Notes under the pieces: generated by a model
The model's database searches: none
What the model was told of the DNA's origin: nothing
What the model saw: the letters and a program-made list of their open reading frames with translations, nothing else
Shown: piece by piece, positions 17,447 through 24,654 of the stretch
How positions within the stretch are numbered: position 1 is the first letter of the stretch
Layout of the letters: the number at the start of each line of letters is the position of its first letter
NCBI GenBank assembly: GCA_007118235.1
Contig: SKRY01000175.1
Span: 1 to 25,599, forward strand
DNA: 25,599 bases
From: Candidatus Hydrogenedentota bacterium
GTDB lineage: Bacteria > Hydrogenedentota > Hydrogenedentia > Hydrogenedentales > SLHB01
Direction: 5' to 3'
Made by a program: the position numbers and the translations under genes

Positions 17447-18045
17447 TGTTTCACCCCTTTGAGGTTGGCGTTCTCGAAGTTGCCCTTGCCTTCCGCGCCG
17501 GTGAAGTCGGCCTCGGCGAGGTCCGCCCGGCGGAAGATGGCGCGCTGGATGTTGGCGTCCACGAAACGCGCCTTCCGGAAGCTGCTGTTACCTGGCCGGC
17601 TGTAATAGAGGTTCGCGCCGGTGAAGTCGGCCTCGTCCCCCTCCGCGCCAACGAGATTTACGCGTTGCATGTTGGCGCCGCGCAGATTGGCGCCGGTCAG
17701 ATAGGCCCCGCCAAGTACGGCCAGCTCAAGGTTGGCCTCTTCGAGGTTCGCGCCGCATAGCGAGGCCTCGTCCAGGAACGTATGATTCAGGTCCGCGCCC
17801 TGGAGGTTGGCCTCGTCCAATGTGGCGTGCGACAACCGCGCCCAGCTCAGGTCAACGCCCGGCCAATCCACGCCCGACAAGTTGGCCCCCACAAGCCACG
17901 CGCCCTGGAGGCGGCCGGGTGTAAGCGTGGCCACGTACCCCGCCTTATCGCCGAGGTGGCTCCAGCAATGACTGGCGCCCGTTAGCGCCATGCGGTGGCA
18001 GCCCTCTGCCTCGCAGGGCGCGGGCGCAAAGTGCGTACACGTCAT
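17443..18045 (-). CDS. Pentapeptide-repeat protein with an N-terminal Cys/His putative zinc finger
   Basis: About 30 (L/F)-x-x-A-(N/D) units; N-terminal C-x7-C-x4-C-x10-C-x2-H. Confidence 0.9.
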   Translation of the reverse strand: MTCTHFAPAPCEAEGCHRMALTGASHCWSHLGDKAGYVATLTPGRLQGAWLVGANLSGVDWPGVDLSWARLSHATLDEANLQGADLNHTFLDEASLCGANLEEANLELAVLGGAYLTGANLRGANMQRVNLVGAEGDEADFTGANLYYSRPGNSSFRKARFVDANIQRAIFRRADLAEADFTGAEGKGNFENANLKGVKQ

Positions 18046-18695
18046 CAGAAATCGTCCAATCCGGTGATCTTCTGTTCAATCCAGTCGCCGTAGCGGGACA
18101 GCTCGCGCACGCTCGACCGGACGTCGGCTGGCGTAACCGTGCTGGTTAAGTAACAATTCAATAGAATGAAGTGTTCCGTGCCCTCGTATTTGGCCACCGC
18201 CAACGCGCCCAGCGGAAGGTTGCGGTTGGCCCGGAGGGCCCAGCGGTAGGCGTCCGTCCGGGCGGGACCGCACACGGTATAGACGCGGATGAGTTCGGTC
18301 CCGTCTTTTCGGGTGTGGGGCTCGACATGCACGACCTGGCGCCGGTTGTTCGGGAGGGCGCAGTTCACGACATAGCGGTTATCCTTGCGAGTCGCGCTGT
18401 ACGCGCCGGGGTCGTCGACGGCCAGCATAAGCTCGTCCAGCGTGTATTCGGCGGACTCGCTCCGGGTGCTGTCGCCGTGCGCGTAAACCTCGATTTCCTC
18501 CAGGGCTCGCTCGACGGCGTTGCGTACGTCCGTGTCCTCATCGCTGGAGTGCTCATGCAGTGTCTTGAGCGCCGCCAGGGCCAGTTGGCCAAGGACCTCG
18601 GCGGCGTCCCGGCGATCTGTCCAGCCCGCCTTGGCGTTGGCGAGTGTTTCGGCCCATTGCTGCACGGTTTCATTTGGCGCGGCATTGTTTGACAT
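18045..18695 (-). CDS. HEAT-repeat + YbjN/T3SS-chaperone-like domain protein
   Basis: DRRDAAEVLGQL...DEDTDVRNAVERAL (HEAT-like); RRQVVHV...LIRVYTVCG...ALRAN..LPLGALAV...GDWIEQKITGLDDF resembles YbjN-type chaperones. Stop overlaps the next ATG (TGATG). Confidence 0.7.
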   Translation of the reverse strand: MSNNAAPNETVQQWAETLANAKAGWTDRRDAAEVLGQLALAALKTLHEHSSDEDTDVRNAVERALEEIEVYAHGDSTRSESAEYTLDELMLAVDDPGAYSATRKDNRYVVNCALPNNRRQVVHVEPHTRKDGTELIRVYTVCGPARTDAYRWALRANRNLPLGALAVAKYEGTEHFILLNCYLTSTVTPADVRSSVRELSRYGDWIEQKITGLDDF

Positions 18696-18854
18696 AATAT
18701 CTCCCTTCCATACGTGGCGCCCATTGTAATCAACGAACCCGCGCGGTTACAACATACAGCGCCGGCGCCGCGGGCAGGGAAGATCACCGGCTATCCACGT
18801 GTTTTGTAAACACTAGGTCAATTGAAGACTAACCCAAGGAAAGGAACTTCAGAA

Positions 18855-19439
18855 ATGCAGTATTTCCGATACGTTTTAGGTGCGTTGGCTGTTGCGGCAT
18901 TGGCGCTAGCAGCGGGCCAGATCGTGCTCGATTCGGTTGGCGCCGAGGACGAGCCCGATCTGCAAGTGGGCGACAAGGCCCCGGAGGTCGCGATCGCCGA
19001 ATACATCCAGGGCGACCCCGTGCGCATCCATCCCGAGGAGGATGAAGAACAGGGGGAAACGGACGAGGAAGCCAAGCGGCCTATCCACGTCGTCGAATTC
19101 TGGGCGACCTGGTGTCCTCCGTGCCGGGCCGCGATTCCGCATCTCAACGCGCTCCACGAGCAATACAAAGACGACAAGGTGATTGTCGTCGCGGTCACCA
19201 ACGAGGATCCCGATGACGTCAAGCCTTTCGTGGAAGACCGGGGCGACGAGATGACGTACACCGTGGCGATCGACGACGAGACGAAGACCGGCCGCGCCTA
19301 CATGGAAGCGGCGCGCGTCCGGGGTATTCCCTGGGCTTTTGTCGTGGATCGCGAAGGCGTGTTGGTGTGGCATGGGCACGCCATGCAAGTGGAAACGGGC
19401 ATAAAGATCGCGCTGGGTGAGGAAGAAGAGGACGCGTGA
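18855..19439 (+). CDS. Exported TlpA/ResA-like thioredoxin-fold protein
   Basis: Signal-like N-terminus, VGDKAP, EFWATWCPPC, RGIPWAFVVD; acidic insert EEDEEQGETDEE. ATG 18855 after AGGA (ORF track gives 18822). Confidence 0.9.
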   Translation: MQYFRYVLGALAVAALALAAGQIVLDSVGAEDEPDLQVGDKAPEVAIAEYIQGDPVRIHPEEDEEQGETDEEAKRPIHVVEFWATWCPPCRAAIPHLNALHEQYKDDKVIVVAVTNEDPDDVKPFVEDRGDEMTYTVAIDDETKTGRAYMEAARVRGIPWAFVVDREGVLVWHGHAMQVETGIKIALGEEEEDA

Positions 19440-19471
19440 TGACACGCGGTTTAGTTGAACAATAGCTCTAT

Positions 19472-19524
19472 AAGGATGGCCGGTGCGGCGTGGCGCCTAC
19501 AGCCCGCTCCCGGCCATCCTTTTG
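19472..19524 (+). terminator. Intrinsic terminator
   Basis: Perfect 12-bp stem AAGGATGGCCGG / CCGGCCATCCTT followed by TTG. Confidence 0.6.
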
Positions 19525-19581
19525 TGGGCATGATATGGATTTCTTCACAGTGCTTCACCGGTAAGAGAAGGAGGACGCGTT

Positions 19582-20034
19582 ATGTTACACCACCACCTTG
19601 TATCGAAACACACGCGCGCCGTCATGGCGCTCACGCTATTGGGTCTTGCGGGCCTGTTCCTCGCGCAAGGCGGGATGGTTCGCGGAGATGTGGAAGAAGA
19701 ACACGGCTTGGCTGTCGTGTGGACAAGCGGCGATCCGGATGTGGCGCACCGTATGGCCCTTATGTACACGCACGCCGCGAAGACCCAGGGCTGGTTTGAT
19801 GAGGTCACCCTCATTGTGTGGGGACCTTCCCAGCGTTTGCTTGCCGCCGATAAGGACATCCAGGAGAAGGTTGACGAGATGGCCGGCGACGGGGTCATAG
19901 TGGAGGCCTGCATCGTATGCGCCGAATCCTACGGCCTTGTGGAAAAGATCGAGGAACTTGGGTTTGAGGTGAAAGGGATGGGCGCTCCCCTTAGCGATCA
20001 CATTAAAGGCGATACCCACGTCATCACGTTCTGA
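19582..20034 (+). CDS. DsrE/DsrF-like protein with a signal peptide
   Basis: VVWTSGD, LMYTHAA...GWFDEVTLIVWGPS, VEACIVCA (CxxC), MGAPLS. RBS AAGGAGG. Confidence 0.82.
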   Translation: MLHHHLVSKHTRAVMALTLLGLAGLFLAQGGMVRGDVEEEHGLAVVWTSGDPDVAHRMALMYTHAAKTQGWFDEVTLIVWGPSQRLLAADKDIQEKVDEMAGDGVIVEACIVCAESYGLVEKIEELGFEVKGMGAPLSDHIKGDTHVITF

Positions 20035-20081
20035 GGATGTGGGTGATCTTGAGCGATCCGCGGTAGACATTGCGGATGGTG

Positions 20082-20117
20082 AAAGCGCCGGAGCCAAGGG
20101 CGGCTCCGGCGCTTTTT
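20082..20117. terminator. Bidirectional intrinsic terminator
   Basis: Perfect 14-bp stem AAAGCGCCGGAGCC / GGCTCCGGCGCTTT, then TT, between convergent genes. Confidence 0.85.
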
Positions 20118-20151
20118 GGGGGTGGGCAGGCGCCCAAGAGGCGAGAGGCCG

Positions 20152-20823
20152 TCAGGTTGCGCCAAGCAAGGGATCCACGGCTTCCTGGAGGTCCGCCAGC
20201 GTGATCTCCTCATCCCATTGAACAACCAGGTCTCCCTCTTGATCGAATATCACGGTCACGGGAAGCGCGCCGCGAAAATCGATATCCAAGGCTTCCGCCA
20301 CATCGGGCGGTTGAATGCCGTCCATCACATACACGTGGAAAGGGATATCCTCATCCGTCATGTATTCCAGCACGTCATCAATGGTCCGCGGGGCGTCCGC
20401 AGTGACGCTGATGAAGGTTACATCGGCATCCGCATAGGTCTCGTAGAACTCCACGAGATAGGGCATCTCATTGAGACACGGCGGACACCACGTGGCCCAG
20501 AAATTAATGACGGTCACCGTGCCATCGGCATCTTCCACCACCTGGGTCAGGGCAGCGACGTCGACCAAGGTTACGCGCTCGTCCGCGAAGGCTTCATCGG
20601 CCTCGCCGTTGTCCGGTTCCTCGGGCTCGGGTTCCGGCTCCGGCGACCCATTGTCACCATCGCCGTCCAGTTCCAGCGCTTGTTCTTCGGCATCGTCTTC
20701 CGGTGGCGCTTCCGTGGCTTCGCACCCCAGAAACATCCCGCCGCCAAGGAGCAACAGCATGGTGAACCATACAGCGGGTCCCCCGCCGGGGACCCGCCGC
20801 GTAATGCGTGATTTCGCTCTCAT
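20152..20823 (-). CDS. TlpA-like thioredoxin-fold lipoprotein with an acidic linker
   Basis: Lipobox FLGC, about 50-aa D/E/P-rich linker, INFWATWCPPC, GALPVT. ATG 20823 after AAAGG. Confidence 0.88.
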   Translation of the reverse strand: MRAKSRITRRVPGGGPAVWFTMLLLLGGGMFLGCEATEAPPEDDAEEQALELDGDGDNGSPEPEPEPEEPDNGEADEAFADERVTLVDVAALTQVVEDADGTVTVINFWATWCPPCLNEMPYLVEFYETYADADVTFISVTADAPRTIDDVLEYMTDEDIPFHVYVMDGIQPPDVAEALDIDFRGALPVTVIFDQEGDLVVQWDEEITLADLQEAVDPLLGAT

Positions 20824-20842
20824 AACCACCTTTCAGCTCCGC

Positions 20843-21082
20843 TCACGCTCGTTGGACAACCGCACCAGAATAGGGCAGCGACGCGGAGTCTTCCTCTTCG
20901 CCGTTGTCATCGTAGTCTTCCTCTTCTGGTTCCCCTGGCGCTTCGAGTTCGATATCCTCAAAGTCCTCCGGCGCCTCACATCCCATCATGGTGGTGGCCA
21001 GAAGGAACAGAAGCAAGGTCATCCAAACAGCGGGACCCACTGTGGGAACCGGCAGCGCGACGGAGCGTGTGCGTTCATGCAT
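20843..21082 (-). CDS. Small acidic putative lipoprotein
   Basis: 79 aa; RBS AAGGAGA; hydrophobic segment then MMGC; mature part 18/45 Asp+Glu; N-terminus resembles that of the downstream TlpA. Confidence 0.65.
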   Translation of the reverse strand: MHERTRSVALPVPTVGPAVWMTLLLFLLATTMMGCEAPEDFEDIELEAPGEPEEEDYDDNGEEEDSASLPYSGAVVQRA

Positions 21083-21133
21083 GAGTCTTCTTCTCCTTAC
21101 CGTTGTTGATTGGTGATGCTTTCTTCACTGTCT

Positions 21134-21772
21134 CTAGCGGTTGATCGTGCAACCCCACGCGTTTACTTGAGCTAACTCGACCTCTTCGCCCGCCAGCAGT
21201 TGGCGAAGGGCGTTGGCGACGTAGTTCGTCTCACCGGCTTCTCTGGGCACATCCCGATCGTCAAAGGCGCCGTGATACTTCAACACCATCATATTCTCGG
21301 GATCCCGGTTATCCACAATGTACACCTCGGGCGTGCGAGTCGCCCCGACCAAGTCCGCGTATTGATGGCCCACGTCGCGCAGAATGGTCCGGTTCAGCTC
21401 CATTTCCGCCGCGTACTCAAGGATGCGCTCGGTAGGCATGTTGTCGTGGGGGTTGATCCCGTAGAACACGACTTCCTCGTAGTCCTCGAAATCCTCGACC
21501 AACGCATTGAAGTGGGGATCGGAACCCACAATCCATGGACAATGGTTACACCGGAAATAGACAACCACAAGCTTCTCTTCCAGCTCCGAAAGGGTGACCT
21601 CCTCGTCTTCCGTGCCGACAACCTTTAGGGTGAAGTCAGGCATCTGCCCGCCGATCTCCACCTCTCCGAGTTCATCGGCTAGGGCGCCGCCGCAGCTGAG
21701 CGTGAATGCGACAGCCAGTGTTCCCGCGAGCCAATTCCACTTCCTCGTGCTCTTTCCGTACCGTGTCAGCAT
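21134..21772 (-). CDS. Exported AhpC/TSA-type redoxin (thioredoxin fold)
   Basis: MPDFTL, CNHCPW (CxxC), GATRTPEVY, YHGAFDD, C-terminal WGCTI. ATG 21772 after AGGAGA (ORF track gives 21850). Confidence 0.88.
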   Translation of the reverse strand: MLTRYGKSTRKWNWLAGTLAVAFTLSCGGALADELGEVEIGGQMPDFTLKVVGTEDEEVTLSELEEKLVVVYFRCNHCPWIVGSDPHFNALVEDFEDYEEVVFYGINPHDNMPTERILEYAAEMELNRTILRDVGHQYADLVGATRTPEVYIVDNRDPENMMVLKYHGAFDDRDVPREAGETNYVANALRQLLAGEEVELAQVNAWGCTINR

Positions 21773-21953
21773 TGTGTATCTCCTTTTTCTGTTGTTGTGC
21801 AGCCCCCGCCCTGTGCGCGAGCTGTTTCCCAAGGTTAGGAACCCCCACATCCGATGGATGGCTCCAAGGCCGCCAGACGTTCCCTGTCCAGTCAGCCTGT
21901 TGACGCCAGCACAACCAGAACAATGTTACCCTATCCCGCATTCCCCCGTATTG

Positions 21954-22014
21954 AAAAAGCGCCGCCTGTCCTCAATCCCGATGTGTAACGGGACATGTAG
22001 GGCAAGCGGCGCTT
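21954..22014 (-). terminator. Terminator-like extended hairpin about 180 nt upstream of the redoxin gene
   Basis: AAGCGCCGC / GCGGCGCTT outer stem with nested stems; U-run on the minus strand. Confidence 0.4.
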
Positions 22015-22579
22015 CGGGGGGCAAAACGATGGGCCGTAAAGGCGGCGCCAGTAGAAGAAGCCTGGAATTCAGGGCGGAACAGCCATACCGCCCGTTGCAG
22101 TGATATATTCCGCCTGTCATCACTCTCCTCCGCTGGCGACTTGGAGCGAAAGGCCACCCACGGCGCTTCGCCGCCGTGCCGCATGAACCGCTTTCTCCGA
22201 TTAATTCGCATGGAAACAACGAAGTCTCTCCACGCAGGGTTGACACTTGGAAGGCGGCCTTGCTACTGAACCATCGTTTGGGTTACATACAAAAAACAGA
22301 AGCCCGGCCCATCTTACCGGGAGTTACGGCGAACTCGGACGGGATATCATACTGGCGGGAACCCATCCCGCTGGATTACAATGGGGTTATGGGGATTCGG
22401 AGTCCCCGGGAAGCCATGTGGTGTGACTTCGGTAATCGCTGGAGGAACCTCGGCCAAGGCGCGAGTCTGTCTCACGCACATCCGGGCCTGAAGCGTGATT
22501 ACTATAGGTTTGCCGCCAACGTTGAACAGCCGAACGCCATGGCCGCGCGTGGCTCCCGTGATACACGCTGGAGGTTCCT

Positions 22580-22609
22580 TTGACTTGCAGGCGTGCGTTT
22601 TGCTACTCT
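22580..22609 (+). promoter_or_regulatory. Sigma70-type promoter for yceD-rpmF-plsX-fabD
   Basis: TTGACT, 18 nt, TG-c-TACTCT. Confidence 0.55.
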
Positions 22610-22651
22610 TGTGGCTTCCCGCCTGCCTACCCTACGAAGGGGGTGAAGACC

Positions 22652-23248
22652 ATGAGTAAGCTCAAGATTTCCGTGGCGCTCGTGGCCGAACAGGATGTGA
22701 CCGTTGACGTCGAGGCCCCGGTGGCGGAATTGCAACCCGAGGGCGCGCCGGGGGTTCCGCTGGAGTCGGTGCGGGTTCGCGGCTCCTTGGCGAAATTCGA
22801 GGATGGGTATATGTTCCGGGGCGAGGTGTCGGGCACGTACCATCACGCCTGCGATCGCTGTCTGGCTGCGGCGGAGCATCCTTTTTCCCGCGAGGTGTTG
22901 TGGGTTTTCGTGGAGGGTTCGGCGGTTAACTTCGAAACCCAGGGAGAGGGACAGGAAGGGGATATTGAGCCGGAGGATGAGGATGCTCCCTCGGTGGGAG
23001 TCTACTCGGGCAACGTCGTCGATCTGGCCCCGCAAACCTGGGAAGAGGTTGTGCTGGCCGTGCCGTTAAAGTTCTTGTGCCGGCCGGAGTGCGCCGGACT
23101 GTGCCCGGGGTGTGGCGCCAATCTGAACCTTGAGTCTTGCCGTTGCGCGGCGTCGAAAGAGCCGGAAACGGCCAAACCCAGCAACAACGGTCTTCAAGCC
23201 TTGGCGGAAATGTTTCCCGACTTGAAGCCTGGACCTTTAGAGGAGTGA
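22652..23248 (+). CDS. yceD: DUF177/YceD family protein (23S rRNA accumulation)
   Basis: CDRCL, VDL...EEVVLAVPLKFLCRPECAGLCPGCGANLN...C.C; sits upstream of rpmF. ATG 22652 after AAGGGGG. Confidence 0.93.
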   Translation: MSKLKISVALVAEQDVTVDVEAPVAELQPEGAPGVPLESVRVRGSLAKFEDGYMFRGEVSGTYHHACDRCLAAAEHPFSREVLWVFVEGSAVNFETQGEGQEGDIEPEDEDAPSVGVYSGNVVDLAPQTWEEVVLAVPLKFLCRPECAGLCPGCGANLNLESCRCAASKEPETAKPSNNGLQALAEMFPDLKPGPLEE

Positions 23249-23252
23249 TTTC

Positions 23253-23435
23253 GTGGCGTTACCCAAGAAGAAAACAACGAAAACGCGCCGCAATACGCGG
23301 CGCGCCCATCATGCGTTGCGTCCACCCGCGCTGACCGATTGCCAGAGTTGCGGTCACCGGATCCCGCCGCACCGCGTATGCCCGAAGTGCGGTCATTACA
23401 AGGACCGGCTGGCGCTGAACACCGAAAACGACTGA
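23253..23435 (+). CDS. rpmF: 50S ribosomal protein L32 (zinc-ribbon, four-Cys form)
   Basis: MALPKKKTTKTRRNTRRAH; CQSC and HRVCPKCGHY. Confidence 0.97.
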   Translation: MALPKKKTTKTRRNTRRAHHALRPPALTDCQSCGHRIPPHRVCPKCGHYKDRLALNTEND

Positions 23436-23613
23436 CGGCGGAAAAAACGCGGCTCTGCTGGCGCGCGGTCTGCGCTTCTTTCCAAGGCCTTTGCTATGGG
23501 GATATACGCGGGATTCGCCTGAGCCATGGCGCGCCATGGTTTACTCTGGGTTCGGCTCTAACGCGTGAGGACCCGCCAATGCTTAGGCGCTTCTTCCACA
23601 TTCGGAAATCGTA

Positions 23614-24654
23614 ATGCGAATAGCCCTAGATGCAAACGGGTCCGACCGGGCGCCGGCGCCCGAAGTAGAGGCCGCGCTCACCGTGGCGCGGGATTCCGCC
23701 ATACACCTTCTGTTGGTGGGAGACGAGACCCAACTGCACGAAGCCTTGAGCGCCCATGGCCGGGGCAAGGTTCCCTCCAACATTTCCGTGGTCCATGCCT
23801 CCGAGTCCATCTCGATGCAGGATTCCCCTGTGCTTGCGGTGCGGCAGAAGAAGGACGCATCCCTGCTCGTGGCGATGCGCTTGGTCAAGAGCGGCGAGGC
23901 CAGCGCCTACGTCAGCGCGGGCAACACTGGAGCGGTCATGGTGGCCGCCCGGACCATCCTGGGGCTCATCAAGGGGGTGGGCCGCTCGGCGATTTGCCAG
24001 CGGCTCCCCACGCTGCGCGATCCCGCGCTTGTATTGGACTTGGGCGCCAATGTGGATTGCAGTGCGCGGCACCTCTGCGATTTTGCCGAGATGGGCGCCG
24101 TCTACGCCCAGCACGGGTTCAACGTGGACACGCCGCGCGTGGGGTTGCTCAATATTGGTGAGGAACAGCTCAAGGGAAACGAGCTGGCCAAGCAGGTTCA
24201 TCGCAGTCTCAGCGCCACGCCTCACATCAATTTCGTCGGCAACGTGGAGCCCAAGGGTCTCTTCGAAGGCGGCGTGGACGTGGTGGTTTGCGACGGGTTT
24301 GTCGGGAACGTGGTGCTCAAGACGAGCGAGGCCGTGGCGTCGCTCATCACGCAGCTCATACACCGCGAGATTACGTCGACCTGGACCAGCACGCTCGGGG
24401 CCCAACTCAGCTCCGGCGCGTTCCGGCGGCTCAAGCAAATCATTGATCCCAATGAGCATCCCGGCGCCATGCTGATCGGCGTGAACGGGATTGTGTTTAT
24501 CCTGCACGGCGCGAGCACGGCGACGGGCGTGGCGAACGCCATTATTGGCGCCCAGCGCGCCGTCGAGAAGAAAATCAACGAACATATCCGCCAGGGCATT
24601 GAGGAATTGCGCGATTCCGAGGCCTATCTCAATCAAAAGGAGCAGGGAGCGTGA
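23614..24654 (+). CDS. plsX: Phosphate:acyl-ACP acyltransferase PlsX
   Basis: RIALDANGSD, SAGNTGA, LDLGANVDC, VGLLNIGEE..KGN, DVVVCDGFVGNVVLKTSE, HGAS. Confidence 0.97.
   Translation: MRIALDANGSDRAPAPEVEAALTVARDSAIHLLLVGDETQLHEALSAHGRGKVPSNISVVHASESISMQDSPVLAVRQKKDASLLVAMRLVKSGEASAYVSAGNTGAVMVAARTILGLIKGVGRSAICQRLPTLRDPALVLDLGANVDCSARHLCDFAEMGAVYAQHGFNVDTPRVGLLNIGEEQLKGNELAKQVHRSLSATPHINFVGNVEPKGLFEGGVDVVVCDGFVGNVVLKTSEAVASLITQLIHREITSTWTSTLGAQLSSGAFRRLKQIIDPNEHPGAMLIGVNGIVFILHGASTATGVANAIIGAQRAVEKKINEHIRQGIEELRDSEAYLNQKEQGA

Noticed and set aside
17494-17635. Exact 22-bp direct repeat CGCGCCGGTGAAGTCGGCCTCG at 17494 and 17614
   Set aside because: Only two copies, both in-frame pentapeptide units (EADFTGA); not a CRISPR or mobile-element end.
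18725-18813. Short palindromes (TTGTAA...TTACAA; GTGTTT-TGT-AAACAC) and a DnaA-box-like CTATCCACG in the divergent spacer
   Set aside because: Six-bp arms and a two-mismatch box are within chance expectation; no matching second site found.
22019-22045. GGCAAA...GGGCCGTAAAG resembling a c-di-GMP-I riboswitch
   Set aside because: No space for the P2 hairpin with its GNRA tetraloop between the two conserved words.
22024-22279. 9-bp inverted repeat AAACGATGG / CCATCGTTT as possible MITE ends
   Set aside because: Too short, does not extend, and no target-site duplication is visible.
22176-22583. 135-aa ORF, including a segment AANVEQPNAMAA that resembles a tmRNA tag
   Set aside because: No RBS or family motif; the tag-like segment is not followed by a stop, and there is no tRNA-like T-arm or CCA end.
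24116-24131. GGTTCAACGTGGACAC as a possible fourth parS in plsX
   Set aside because: Three mismatches to the local parS, and the palindrome is broken.
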